Source of the DNA: Dudresnaya verticillata
Lineage: Eukaryota
Direction of reading: 5' to 3'
NCBI GenBank assembly: GCA_977862235.1
Contig: OZ374560.1
Coordinates: 2,108,001 to 2,172,000 of the forward strand
DNA: 64,000 bases
A program made the position numbers and the translations under genes. The notes beneath the pieces were generated by a model, which worked only from the letters and a program-made list of their open reading frames with translations, made no database searches and was not told the DNA's origin. Within the stretch, counting starts at the first letter, position 1. Each line of letters begins with the position of its first letter. This document shows, in pieces, positions 12,450 to 23,899 of the stretch.

Positions 12450-12957
12450 CCGCACGATTGGTACTGCTTGGCCGCCAGGGTAAATCTGGGGTAACCCAGT
12501 CGTGCGCGACGCTCACGCACCCACGCGCTGGTACCAGTACCACCCCTTCCCATGCTCATCATTCCACTCCAAGGTCCACTGCGGCGCGCTCCTCGCACAG
12601 CACCTCCTCCCCGCATGCCCTATCAAATTTCACCTGCGCCTGAAGCTCACCACGTCCCGCCGCTGCCAACATCCCCACCCCGCCGCGCACCTCGCGCACG
12701 AGCTTTACTGCGCATCATCGTGCATTAACCCCAACACGCCCCGGATATCAAGCTTGATATCCTTGTACTAGGAAATGTGGTCGTCGTCGCAAGATTTCAG
12801 GGGCATGCTGAAGGTCCGCGCCGCACCCATCGGACTACTCTACCAGCCTGCAGCCCTGCTCTGTAACTTGAAGGTTTGTCTTAGACAGGGTGGACAAGTT
12901 GCATCTTACTTTGGTTGCAAAGCCCCATCACTGGAATCTTACGTAGCTTCACCATAG
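12450..12957 (+). pseudogene. PIF/Harbinger-type DDE transposase remnant (C-terminus, internally deleted)
   Basis: QDFRGMLKVRAAPIGLLYQPAALLCNLKVCLRQGGQVASYFGCKAPSLESY resembles the conserved end of DDE_Tnp_4 transposases. Confidence 0.7.
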
Positions 12958-13229
12958 GAAAAATAAAGTAAGCCGTACTACACTCCTCGACCGCCCGCCC
13001 GAAGCGCAAACGGACGAGGAGTGAGGACCAAGTCCACTCTCGCTCCGCTCGGCACTCGCTCCGCTCGGCGCGCGGACATGGGAAATCGCGGACGGGGGAA
13101 GCGTGCGTTTTGGGGGTGACGGAGCGATTTGACACCACTTGCGGGACGTCAAAGGCGTTGGAAAGCGCATTTGCGACCAGAGTAGAAGCAGACACTTTAC
13201 GGAAGCTTCGCCGCGAGTGCTGCAAGCAC

Positions 13230-14280
13230 ATCCACTAAACCTTTCCGCTCCTGCATCTATTTCTTCGTTCCTCTACCCCCACAGCGCCTTTCATCTCATC
13301 CAACTCGAGGCGGCGCTTCTGCAGGTGCTCTTGAGCTTCGATCTGCTGCCGCTCCTCGCGCTCCCGCTCTAGTTCGAAACGCTCTTCCTTCAACTTGAGC
13401 CGCATTGACTCCACCTCTCAACGCCGAACCATTTCGTCCATCATGACCCGGCGGTCATCATTATCAGAATCGTACCTTGCGCGCGACTTCCGCACAGACG
13501 CGGGGGCAAAAGGCAGTTCACCGTCGCCATCAGTCTCAGCTATGCGCTGCAGGGGTTCTCTGTGAAGTGCAGCATGCCTAATCGTTTCTCCAGCCGCAGA
13601 GATGCGTTGTTCTGCGTCCGCTTGGATATCGCGCTCTTGCTTTCGTTGCTCTTCCATTTTATCCCTCACCAGGATGTGATTGTCTAACAGCATCTCGTGT
13701 TCCCCAACATCCTCTATTATTCCAGAAGCAGCCTCGTTCTGCTTATTGGCGTTGCGCATTTCGGCGACAATTTTCTTGAAGCAGTCACGAAGCGACTTCC
13801 ATCCGGGTTTGGCGACGCATGCAAAGCTACCGGCGGAGCAGCTTGCAGGAAGAGCTTGAGGGCTTCCTCGTAGAGTGAGGTCGCTTTTCTATGTGCCGCG
13901 GTATGTGCGTTGCTCGCAGACACGCATTCCAGCAAGAGGAGGTTCCATGCCGCTGAGTAGCTGAAGCGCTTGATACGAGGGGAAGCGGCGGTGCTAGATG
14001 CTGCAGCGGATGTGTCCGGCGTTAGCGCCGGTGGGGAAGGTGTCGGGACAGGTAGGGAGGTAGGTTCTGGGAGCGGCGGAGCTGTGGGGAGGGCCGCTTG
14101 AGTCGGGGTTCCTCCACAGGAGGGTGAGGATGGTGAAACTTCGACTATGTCGCGGGAAGTGTGACGGATGTGATGGCGCGGGGAAGGGGTTCGCTGCAAA
14201 GCACTTGGCGCCAAAGGACAGAAATGCGTTTCATTTGAGCGCGCCTGGAAAGAAAAATGAATCGTCTCGTGAGGCAGCAT
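13230..14280 (-). pseudogene. Harbinger partner (Myb/SANT-like + coiled-coil) protein, disrupted
   Basis: Convergent with the transposase remnant. RFSYSAAWNLLLLECV..AHTA, frameshift near 13800, then EAASGIIED..LLD..EEQRKQER..AAGETIRHAAL and an E/R-rich coiled coil past a stop at 13418. Confidence 0.6.
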
Positions 14281-14343
14281 TTCCTTTATTTTGTAAACGC
14301 GACATACGTGTATCAGCTTTTATGCGGCAAGTCACCATTCTCA

Positions 14344-14658
14344 CTACACTATTAACTCCTCTTCATCTTCGCTGCTTAAGGGGTTCGTGCAGCTCCATAG
14401 CTCCGCGCACACCGAGCGCACAGCTCTGGCGACAGCCGTCCTAACCGCCGTCGCTTCCCACCTCAAGTGTCGGTAGCAGTGCATGAGGAATTCGAATTCC
14501 TCCATGCACTCGCGAGCCTCCCTTAAACAGTCCTTGACGATGTCGCGCTGGGCGCGTACATCAATCCGAAGTAATACCACTTGTTCGTATGCTTGTCGGA
14601 TTGAGTTGCGGGTCATGGTAGGTGTTGGCTGTGCAGGGGGATGCAGGTCGACTTCCAT
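14344..14658 (-). CDS. Small hypothetical helical/coiled-coil protein (104 aa)
   Basis: ATG-started ORF with heptad-like amphipathic pattern. Similar in character to the ORFs at 26252-26790. Confidence 0.45.
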   Translation of the reverse strand: MEVDLHPPAQPTPTMTRNSIRQAYEQVVLLRIDVRAQRDIVKDCLREARECMEEFEFLMHCYRHLRWEATAVRTAVARAVRSVCAELWSCTNPLSSEDEEELIV

Positions 14659-15254
14659 CTTTAATACTGTGGACTGTGGACTGCCGCAGACACAGCCGGT
14701 CGCCTGGTGCAGTGGGAACCAGTACCTGAGCAGGGGTTGGGGGCGTCAAGTCAGCAGATAAGTGCTAACAGTAATGGAGTGCCTTTGCTGCTCATCTACA
14801 CGGAAACGTCCAAGTCCTGCCATTCGCTTTGCCCTTCGCTAAAGGCAATGTTTCATTGCGCCAATGCCTCGGTCTGTGCACCCTGCACCAGAATATGCGT
14901 TGTACATCCTCGTGAAGGAATCGGGCATGCTCGTATGTCACCGTGATGTCGTCACAGTTCATTTCTGGGGATGCAGATACCTCATACTAGGTAAAAGATG
15001 GACAATGCAGTGGAAGGGGATTTCCAGGAGCCTTTAATATCTGGGAAGAGGAAAAGAACCCCTGAGCTCTCAAAGCAACGAAACGACAGACTACCCAATC
15101 GTTACTACCTTTTCTTATTTGTGGTAGTAGTACTACTGCTGCTAAGACCTTCACGGAGCGCCTCATTCGTATATTCGAGTCAAATTGTTGGCCTGAACTG
15201 TGAGATGCCTGACTTGCAGCAACCGCATCTCCCTTGCGGTGTTTTCATTCATCT

Positions 15255-15701
15255 CTACATATCTGGTCTTGAGTAATAGACGGCAGAACCGGTCCAAATG
15301 AAAAACCTCTTCTCCAGCCCCGTGGACTGTCTCAGATATATAAGATTCCAGTAACAGAGCATTTCCCCTGTATAGCTTCCCTCCTTCACCATTCGGACTT
15401 TTCGGCGTAGTAGGCGATACAATTCGCTAAGACTCCTTGTCTCGTGTCTGTGGTTTCGCGCTTCAGCGTGCGACAGATTCTGGCAGAAACGTTGAAAAGC
15501 TTCACTGTCCCTGCCCTCGACCAGTTCGATGCCTGATTCACTCAAAGCTTCGTGAGCCCACTGCCTCGACTTTGGGGCCATCTTCATGGACAAACTCCCG
15601 TCAAGTGTTTTGAACATGGCATCAAGGCGATCCTCAATTGACTCGTCCTGGCATTTTCCATCGAATGGTGCCCCGTCGCGATCCATGCTAACAATAGACA
15701 T
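15255..15701 (-). CDS. Hypothetical protein (~148 aa)
   Basis: Globular-looking composition from MSIVSMDRDG. No family recognised. Confidence 0.45.
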   Translation of the reverse strand: MSIVSMDRDGAPFDGKCQDESIEDRLDAMFKTLDGSLSMKMAPKSRQWAHEALSESGIELVEGRDSEAFQRFCQNLSHAEARNHRHETRSLSELYRLLRRKVRMVKEGSYTGEMLCYWNLIYLRQSTGLEKRFFIWTGSAVYYSRPDM

Positions 15702-16528
15702 GGTTGCTGAAATGTTTGGTTGCATAGACGAGGAGCGCTTTGTGCAACATGCAACAGTATCCTTGCTGCAGCAACTAAGTTTTATATGACCCGTAAATCC
15801 ATGTCCACGCTTTTTCTGCACAAGAATGTTACGAGGAGCAAACTGACCGCAACAGTTGCGATGTTCTGTTGGCGGGAAGTGCTCTGTGTCTGACGCACAC
15901 GTTATTATAGTATTACGGATGTTGTTGGATGACGAACACGGGTTAGAAAATGGAATACTATGGGCAGTTACACCACTGTACGGTTTTAACGGAGCGGGGT
16001 CTCTTAGGGACAAATAGGGGTCGAGACGCTTGACCGTATTAACGTTATGCCTGTACGGTTCCTATTGAACATCATGGCCATGGATGGCGCTGAGGCCCTC
16101 ACGAATTTTTGTTATAGCAGCGAGTGTCTGCTGAATCATCAGGGGTCGTTGGGGCCGTTCCAGGTTTATCTGCACAGCTCAATACCACGCGTAAATTATG
16201 ATGTCACCTGACTAATGACGTAATATACTAATCAAACTGTTACGAAGACGACGGAAATTGATCCACAATACGACGATGCTAGTACAGAAACTGATCCCGT
16301 CACCCTGCTGTAATCCGTCAGAGGATCCAGAGACTGTCGTCCGAGTAGTAGACGTACTCGTCCCCATGAAACAAAATTGTCCTATACTGTTCCGTATGAT
16401 GAACGCAGTCGTTCTATTACAGGAGCAGTGAAATAATGAATGTAATAGTAGTCACAAATGGTTAGGTTGCACACTCCCACTATTAGGACACAGGAAATAG
16501 AACTTTATCAAACTGTTGGCTAACGCCA

Positions 16529-17071
16529 TCACTCCAATGCTTCTTTCAGGTCTTGTAGCCTTTTCTTCAAGAATGGCACATGAACGCAGCACCCGGTGCT
16601 ACGTCTAATCAGGTTCGCTAGGCGCCGCGGATTTCCCTCGGACTTATCTCCCTCACCATCCATGCATCCGCAGTGAGGGCCCTTCCATAGGTCCAGCAGA
16701 GTCAGCCTTTCTATCCTCCGCCGCTCATAAAATTTCTTTCCTCTGTAATTGAACTTATAGTTTCCGTCGAAGTACTGCTGAGAGACGGAGAAGTCTGCAC
16801 TTTCAATTGCGCTGACGCCGTACATCCTTTCATGAGACGCTTTGAAAATAGACGTGTCATAGAGACGTATTCCTAGCTCTTCCAACCCGACGATACGCAT
16901 CTGGCGCTGTCTTGCCCGACTGACTATACCCACAAACCTCTCCTCTCCCATACGCTCGACTGCCTCCTTTAAGCTCTCTCCTCCCGAGTTCTTAAAATCG
17001 TGTAGGTTCAGGGTCTCGCCTTGTAAGTTGTCGACTTCTTCTCTCCCTCCAGAAGCGTTGTGCGACGACAT
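16529..17071 (-). CDS. Hypothetical protein (~180 aa) with SWIM-like CxC...CxH motif
   Basis: ORF from MSSHNASGG (AAAATG context). C-terminal PHCGC...GCCVHV. Divergent from the MTase gene. Confidence 0.55.
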   Translation of the reverse strand: MSSHNASGGREEVDNLQGETLNLHDFKNSGGESLKEAVERMGEERFVGIVSRARQRQMRIVGLEELGIRLYDTSIFKASHERMYGVSAIESADFSVSQQYFDGNYKFNYRGKKFYERRRIERLTLLDLWKGPHCGCMDGEGDKSEGNPRRLANLIRRSTGCCVHVPFLKKRLQDLKEALE

Positions 17072-17805
17072 TTTTAACAGTAGTACTCCACGGAATAGGT
17101 GCAACCTCTGGGCATTCGCTAGAATGAGTACGGGTGGCTGTGAAACGCCTGGTTTCGAGATTCCAGCGCTCATGATTTGTGCACAAAAGTGTGGAGAGTC
17201 CGACTTTAAGGGTGCAGGCATTTCTGCACAAATGTACAGAGAGGCATCAAGATACGCAGTGTCACCATAGTCACCCGAGACAGTTTCGGTTGGTGCCGAG
17301 TTGGCGCCAACGCGTGGTCTAACCTTGAGTGTGGATAGGAGCTCAATACAAGTTACTATACCTATACAATCGTATGACCTGCGACTCGCAACCATGCGCA
17401 TGATTTGGTCGTGAATATCCCGCAGCCTGTTTTTCGGGTAGCATAGGACTACTGTACGGAATGCAGCCCGGATCTCTCTTGTACTGCAGACCCCCTCATA
17501 GTAGTCACATCCTTGTCGGGTCTCGCAGTCCTGAGACTGGAGAGTTTAGTACCGAGACTGTAGCATTATCTGTCCACGATTGGTATGAGCGGAATCCATA
17601 CACAAGCGGATGAGGTCAATGACAGCGGCTGAGTCACATGGTTTTAATTTAATGCACATTCTTTCTCTCATGCAGTGGGAAACGTTGTACATGCATGTAT
17701 GGAGCAAGGGCGGAAAGCTGTGTCCGACAGAGGCAGTAGTCAGAATTCATTCAGACATCCCATCCAGAACTTCGGCTTACCGGTGCACACGATAGCCTGA
17801 GAAAT

Positions 17806-20740
17806 ATGCCACCGAAAAAGAAGAAGGGAGTGGCGGTGAGGTCTGTATCCAACACAGGACATACCTCAGCAGACGTAAGAGCGCCTGTATCATCTGGGAA
17901 TGATAGAGTTCTGTTCGGAGATGTCGTTAATGGAGCTACGCACAAGCGAGTCGACCCTCGTTCATGTCTCCCGTTGACCTACGTCCGCCCGATCTGCAGA
18001 TCGGGCGTCGAGCGATTGAAGCGCATTTTCCGGGGGACCGACCGGTACAGTTCAGGGACATTGAAGTCTCCCGTGGAAGGAGCTCCGGACTCTATCGGTT
18101 ACGTGGCTGGTAGTGATATGCCTGTCGTTGTGCCATTGACAGGGGCATTGAGAAGCCGTGTGTCCGATTATTTCAGGTCACAAACAAGGAAGGACTGTAC
18201 GCGTCGTTCCGAGAAAGAAGTTCAGGACATTGTGTAATCGAGGAGGAAATGGTACGGAGTAGTTGATGGAATGCATAGATTGGCAGCTATTCGTGAGCTG
18301 CTTGAAGAAAACTACAACCAGTGGAAAACCTTTGACTGGCCTGTGCTGGAGCTGAACCCGCGGACCGACCTGGTGGTCCTGAAGCAATTCGCTAGACATC
18401 AGAATCGTAAACACGAGGTAAACTGCTTCGTGGAAACTACCCTGTATTACACATTGAAGGGTCTGAAAGATGAGGCTGATCGCCTTCAAGCGGAGGGAAA
18501 TGGTATCAAGCCGACAGCAAAAGCGGTTGCGTCCGCTTACGATGTGGGTGTTCATATGCACGAGAACACAGTGAGGCAGACAGCGCAAGTAGCTCTCCGA
18601 CTAAGTCATCGTGTCATCGATGCGATAGGGGAGATAATGGGGGAAGAAATACCGCAGCTTGCGTTGGCTTCACGAAATGGAAGAACTGCTAAATCAGTAG
18701 CAGACGATGCCCTGATGTCGTCGATGGACTGCCGGATTTTCCGGAAGTTTATTACTCTGAACTCACTGAAGGCTGCCACAGAGTTCATGAGCGCGGGACA
18801 AATGAGTGGCGTGGTACATGATGAGGGTGTGGAAGTCCAGGTCTCGACACTCTACCGCATTCGAGAAGTATGCAGGAGGAACGGGTTCAGGCCCGTTCTT
18901 TACGGGGTCACCAAATCAGAGTTCGGGAAGGCTAAAGATGCGCTAGCAGAGGTTCGCAAATTCGAAGGCCTTCGTGAATCTGAGGACTGGCCGGGTCCCA
19001 TGGACACGATGCGGACAAATATTCTGCGATCCCAAAAGTTTGATGGCGATATCATGCTTAACAGGGGCAACGACACATTGATTTTGCAATGCATTCTGGA
19101 TATGTACAAGGACTGCTGTCCGGAAGAAGCACCCCTGAAGATTCACAAGTACTCTTCTGTTAGAGATAGGAACAGAAAGGAGTGCGATGAAGAGAAGAAT
19201 TTAGACCGGGAGTGTGTGAATGAGATTACGACTGGAGTGCAAGATTCAGGGGGGGTCAATTCCGATCAGGTAACAACTGCTGGAAACCAGGACCATCCCT
19301 CTGACGGACAGATCGAACACGATGACGTTCCCTCTCCTTCTGTGAACGTAGATTCGTTACCTTGCAGTCGAGACCTCGGTTCTACCGGAGACCATCACAA
19401 CCATGATGCAGAAGATATGCAGGGGTCGGCTGTAAAATCTGCTGTGACGGTGAGCACGGAAAAATCGGAGAGGCTGGCTGTACGTGGGGACAAGAACGGA
19501 CCTGACGACCATTTGCAAGCTGATATCTTGAAGTCGTACAGAATAACCTGCCATCAGATGCGGTGGCAGGTATACAATAAGAATATTCGCGAGGGTGTTG
19601 GTGACCTATACGACATAGTTCTTACCGACACACCATATGGAACGCCTGCATCACAGTCTCGTGCAGGGAAACAGTACGACAACTATATGAGTGATTCTGA
19701 AATATCCGAGCTTGCAGAAATGTGCAGGGAATCCGTTGTACCGGGAGGGTGGGTGTTCATGTTCGTGTCCTACCAGACATTCGAACCTATAAGGCAGGCT
19801 CTTCTGAAGGCCGGATTCACTTGCCCAACGTACACCTTTTCGATTGCAAAGGATGCACACACGGTGCAGGAGAGGCGAGGAAATGACTGTCCCCAAAATG
19901 GCCACGAAATTGCCGTCATGGGAAGAGCCCCAGGACAACACCCCAACGGATTTAAAGTGGATCTTCGAAGCCCATATCAATTAGTGAAGGCTTCGGAAAA
20001 GAGAAATTTTGCGTGCATGTCTCAAATTCCCGTTTCTAAGAAGAAGCTCCTTAAACCGGGTACAAAATCCCCGGTGCTTACTGAGGAGAAGAATGTTCAG
20101 CTGTTGGTGGAATTGTTGACGACCTTCTGTCCTGAGGGGGGGCATTTTGGACATGCATGCTGGAACGATGACAGCTGCAATTGCAGCCGTGCAGACTGGT
20201 AGGAAATGCACCTGTATAGAGCAGAGCCTACAGACATACAGACTTGCAGTTGCACGCCTGAAAAGGATAGCAAGTGATCATCGCAAGTTGTCGGAAGGAA
20301 TGGAAGGAACACCACTGTGTCATGGTACAGCGGAAGAGGCCCTGGCAGAAGACCAGGGAGCGGATGTGGAAAACCCGCAACAGAAACTGCTCAGGAATGA
20401 GGCGAAGAAAAATTCGGATTTTATTACTGGCGGCGATGCTGTTGTTCTGTACGTTGGGAAGAACGCTGTTGGGAAGGCAAAAGTCCAATTCGGGGCAAGT
20501 CCTGACGAAAACGTTCGCAAGCAGATTCATCTGAAACCCCTGTCGGAATACGAAAAGCCAGGACAGGAACTCATTGCGTTTTACGCCTTCGAATGTGATT
20601 CATCCTTTGCCACCTCAGCATACCCGTATAACTTTCATGTCCCGAACGGCCGCCCTTCCACGATTCTAAGTGAGCTAGACGGCGTTTTTGCATGGGATAT
20701 CCATGCGATGAAAGCCCAGGAGCGGTGCGACCAGAAATGA
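17806..20740 (+). pseudogene. ParB-like domain + beta-class N6-adenine/N4-cytosine DNA methyltransferase + Tnp1/En/Spm-like C-terminal domain (one stop, one frameshift)
   Basis: NLS MPPKKKK. In-frame TAA at 18235-18237, then WYGVVDGMHRLAA (ParB DGxHR). Motif IV YDIVLTDTPYG (19627-19638), then VPGGWVFMF, EKNVQLLVELLTTFCPEGG. Frameshift in the G7 run near 20140 leads to ILDMHAGTMTAAIAAVQTGRKCTCIE (motif I). Motif IV precedes motif I, which is the beta order. Confidence 0.85.
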
Positions 20741-21191
20741 GGGTAAAGCAGAGTTGAGCATAATAATCGTTCGCTTCACTAGTTTCCTACGCCATAGCGC
20801 AATATCGTAAGCCATAATCACATGCTACTCCTCGCAGGAGAGCATGTACTGCCACCGACAGCGCTATCATGGTAGAAGTCCACAGCGCAAAAGTTGCATC
20901 ATCGCTCGGTCCCATTTCCGCAACAACTTCTTTTTGACAATGTCGGATCTGCAGAGTTCCATCGAATTGTAGCTCTTGCAGAGCATGGGATGAATGTCGA
21001 GCGGCATGGAAGCTCTGCCAACAAGCATCTACAGGAATGATGCATCCACGGCCCCGGTAGAGTAGTAGTAGCGAGGCGGGTCGAGTCACAGCACTGTGAG
21101 AATATCGAGAGCTTCGATTTGCAGGTAGGTGCACTCGAGCAATACACTTGAGTCTCATCACGGGACGAGTGCCCGCAGTTCCGAAATTACT

Positions 21192-21469
21192 GCAATCGCG
21201 TGAAAACCTATCCAATATTATGGAGAATGACCAACAGATTTTCGGAAAGCCGCACGTAAATTTATTAAACAGCACATACTCTGTACGAGATCTGAAAACC
21301 TATGATAGGTTTTCCGAAACGTGAGTGCTCATGTGCTGTTTAATCGCTTTTTGAATCTCACTGGTCGAAAAGCTGTTATAGGTTTTGCGATTGCCTCGGG
21401 CCAAACATCTTTTTGATAGAAACTACGTTTGCTCGACTCCAGGACCTATTCCATATTATGGAGAATGCA
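21192..21469. repeat. Nested inverted/direct repeat cluster (fold-back)
   Basis: 14-bp IR 21264-21277/21331-21344 and 10-bp IR 21294-21303/21305-21314, both centred on 21304. Outer imperfect IR 21192-21211/21378-21394. Direct repeat ATATTATGGAGAATG at ~21216 and ~21453. Confidence 0.8.
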
Positions 21470-21699
21470 AGATAGCTTTTCAGGTCGCGCGGCAGAACTC
21501 TCCAGGATTTTTTCCACGAGATTTACCGCTGATTCCCTTCTGGGACTTTTCTTTCGGAACACCTGGGTCCCTCCACCCGTCCGGTTGCTGCCCAGCGCCC
21601 TCCCAAACGCAATCGCAACCGAACCGCCGCGTTTCGCTACAACCCCCTCCCGCCGCCCCCCGCGACTGGCGCCAGATCGTGCCCCACCGCACCCCACCG

Positions 21700-23520
21700 A
21701 CCCGCACAACTTCTGTGCTTCCCGTCGCACTGCCGCACCACGCCCCCGACGCCGTACCCCACGTGAACCCCACGTACCTCACGGGAAAGCGCGGTCCTCG
21801 CACGCTGGGGCGCCGTCGCGAAGACTTCGAGCACATCGCGCTGCCCCACGTGGCGGCGCGCTGGACCCGGCCTCTTCCGCCATCGAGCTGCCTTATGACG
21901 CGTCCAATCTGGCTGAAAATATCCCCATCACCTCGGCCTGAGCGTTGCACTTCATCGAGGACGAGCGCGACAACGCGCAGGTTCGCTCATGGATGCGTGC
22001 CCTGCTGCAGCGACGGCGCGATATCTGCAATTTTAGCAACGCGAAGGAGGTCGCCGATCTCGCGGAGACCAAGTTCCTGGCGGAGGGGCATGACCTGCCT
22101 TTCCTGGCTGAGTTGCTTTCCGCGGACAAGTTCGAAGCGCATGATTTAGATTTCGTCAGGGTGCTTGCTGCGTGCGCACTTGAATAGACTCGGAGTACTA
22201 GCGCACGAGACGTGCCGAGGTCGCCTCACAAGATGATGCTCTTCATTTACTTCAACTCGACTTCGGGTGACAGTCATAGTTGTATGCAAGGGATTCTATC
22301 TCTCACAATTACTGAGATATGGTGGAATGCTACAGCTGTTCCCTGACTTTCCGTATTTAAGGCACAAGAAGACCTGTTCGCATGAAAATGGGTAGGCCTG
22401 AGAAACCGGTGTGTGCAATAATATGTTCCGTGACATTTCGGTGACCATGGTCTTGGCATTGATACACGAGAAAGCCCCCGAAAGCAACGTTTCATCTCAT
22501 TCGCAACAAGACTATTGTGATATAACATTGGAGGCAGTTGGAGCCATCTTTGTAGCTACTGGAAAGCCTCATGGCCATTCTCTGGCGATCTTTGCGCTTG
22601 GATGCGCTCAAAGAGAAGGGCTGAGACGCCCTTCCAATATGAGACAGCGTTTGCAACTAAGAACACGGCGCACCGTGGTGACACAGCTAAGTTTTGAACT
22701 TGAAGTGACGAACCGAAAAGTAGGCGGTGCCTCCGTTCCGTTACAGCCTCCCGGATCTGCAAAGCGCAATACGGCCCTGTGTTCTTCCTGACCTGCCATT
22801 GTCTTCTCAAAATGGGGCACTCAACAGCAGCAGATATATTTGAGATGTGTGTGAAGTTTCATGGGAATGTTCTGAGAGCTCAGGGGACATTCCGGTCAGA
22901 GAGGGCAGAAAGAAGCTCGCCTCGAGAGCCGGATTGACGGCCAGAGCCTGGCATTTCCATAAGCATGTATTCCATTTTGTGAGCAGCACTGCATTTCCAC
23001 TCCCGGGGAAGAGGCCAATTGACGGAGTACGCTTCAAACTCATGCATGGGATGAGGCAACAAAAAATGCATTTCTTCCCTCAAACGCAAGGCCGTCTGTG
23101 TGCTGTTGTATCACAACTTTTGAAGTGATTCTAGCCAGACAAGCTTGTCTGGACTTGTCTCAAACAAAATACTCTAAACGTATCGGTCTGTATCCGGGCA
23201 CCACACGAATCCTCTTCCGCTTTCCGCGAGGCTGCTGTGGTGCTTCCTTCGCTGTTTGAAGATATCTCAGTTGTGTAGCTCTTGATGACACAATTCGTGA
23301 CGCACAAGGACACGAAGGCTATCTATATTTGTTTAGAGCTGAAGGATGAGTCGTCGCGGACGACACCGATCAGGCAGCGGCCCATCTGGCAGCTGCGAAT
23401 CCCGTTTCCATACATAGTGACACTTGCATCGAGTCATTTTCACGCCATGGAGACTCTCGGGGCGTGGATACTTGTGTCCATTTCATTTCCGAAGTGCGTC
23501 TTCATAGTCCTGTGACCATT
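21700..23520 (+). pseudogene. Heavily degraded large ORF, possibly a DNA-transposon protein
   Basis: Protein-like segments in changing frames (EDFEHIALPHVAARW, HFIEDERDNAQVRSWMRALL, LEAVGAIFVATGK, LTARAWHFHKHVFHFVSSTAF) downstream of the repeat cluster. Family not established. Confidence 0.35.
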
Positions 23521-23899
23521 TCGGTTGGTGCCAGTCCGGTTCAGACCCTGAACGTTCGTGGCGATCTGTCGCCCATCGCAGGACAAACTTAACTATTCGT
23601 TAACGTGCGCGTTGCTGAGCGCGTGTTGACTATGCAGTGTATAGTATGCACTCTTGAGCTGTGTAGATTGAGTGTGTACTTGTGGAGCAAACACTGTTGT
23701 GTGTCGTTGGAAACATACCAGTTTGCTCACGAATCGCCGCGCAATGCTCTTGGGGCGTGTTCAAGCGAAAAGGCAGCCTAGATGGAGCGGGAAACGGCTC
23801 GGGGCGTGAAGTGATGTTTGATTTTAATGGTTTTTTAGGGTGGTCTTGTGCGGGCGACGGTGGCCTATGGGCAAGCACACCGGCAAGCTACAGTTGTTA

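Noticed and set aside
20787..21180. Cys-rich minus-strand fragment resembling a transposase zinc ribbon
   Set aside because: Too degraded and frame-broken to support a call.
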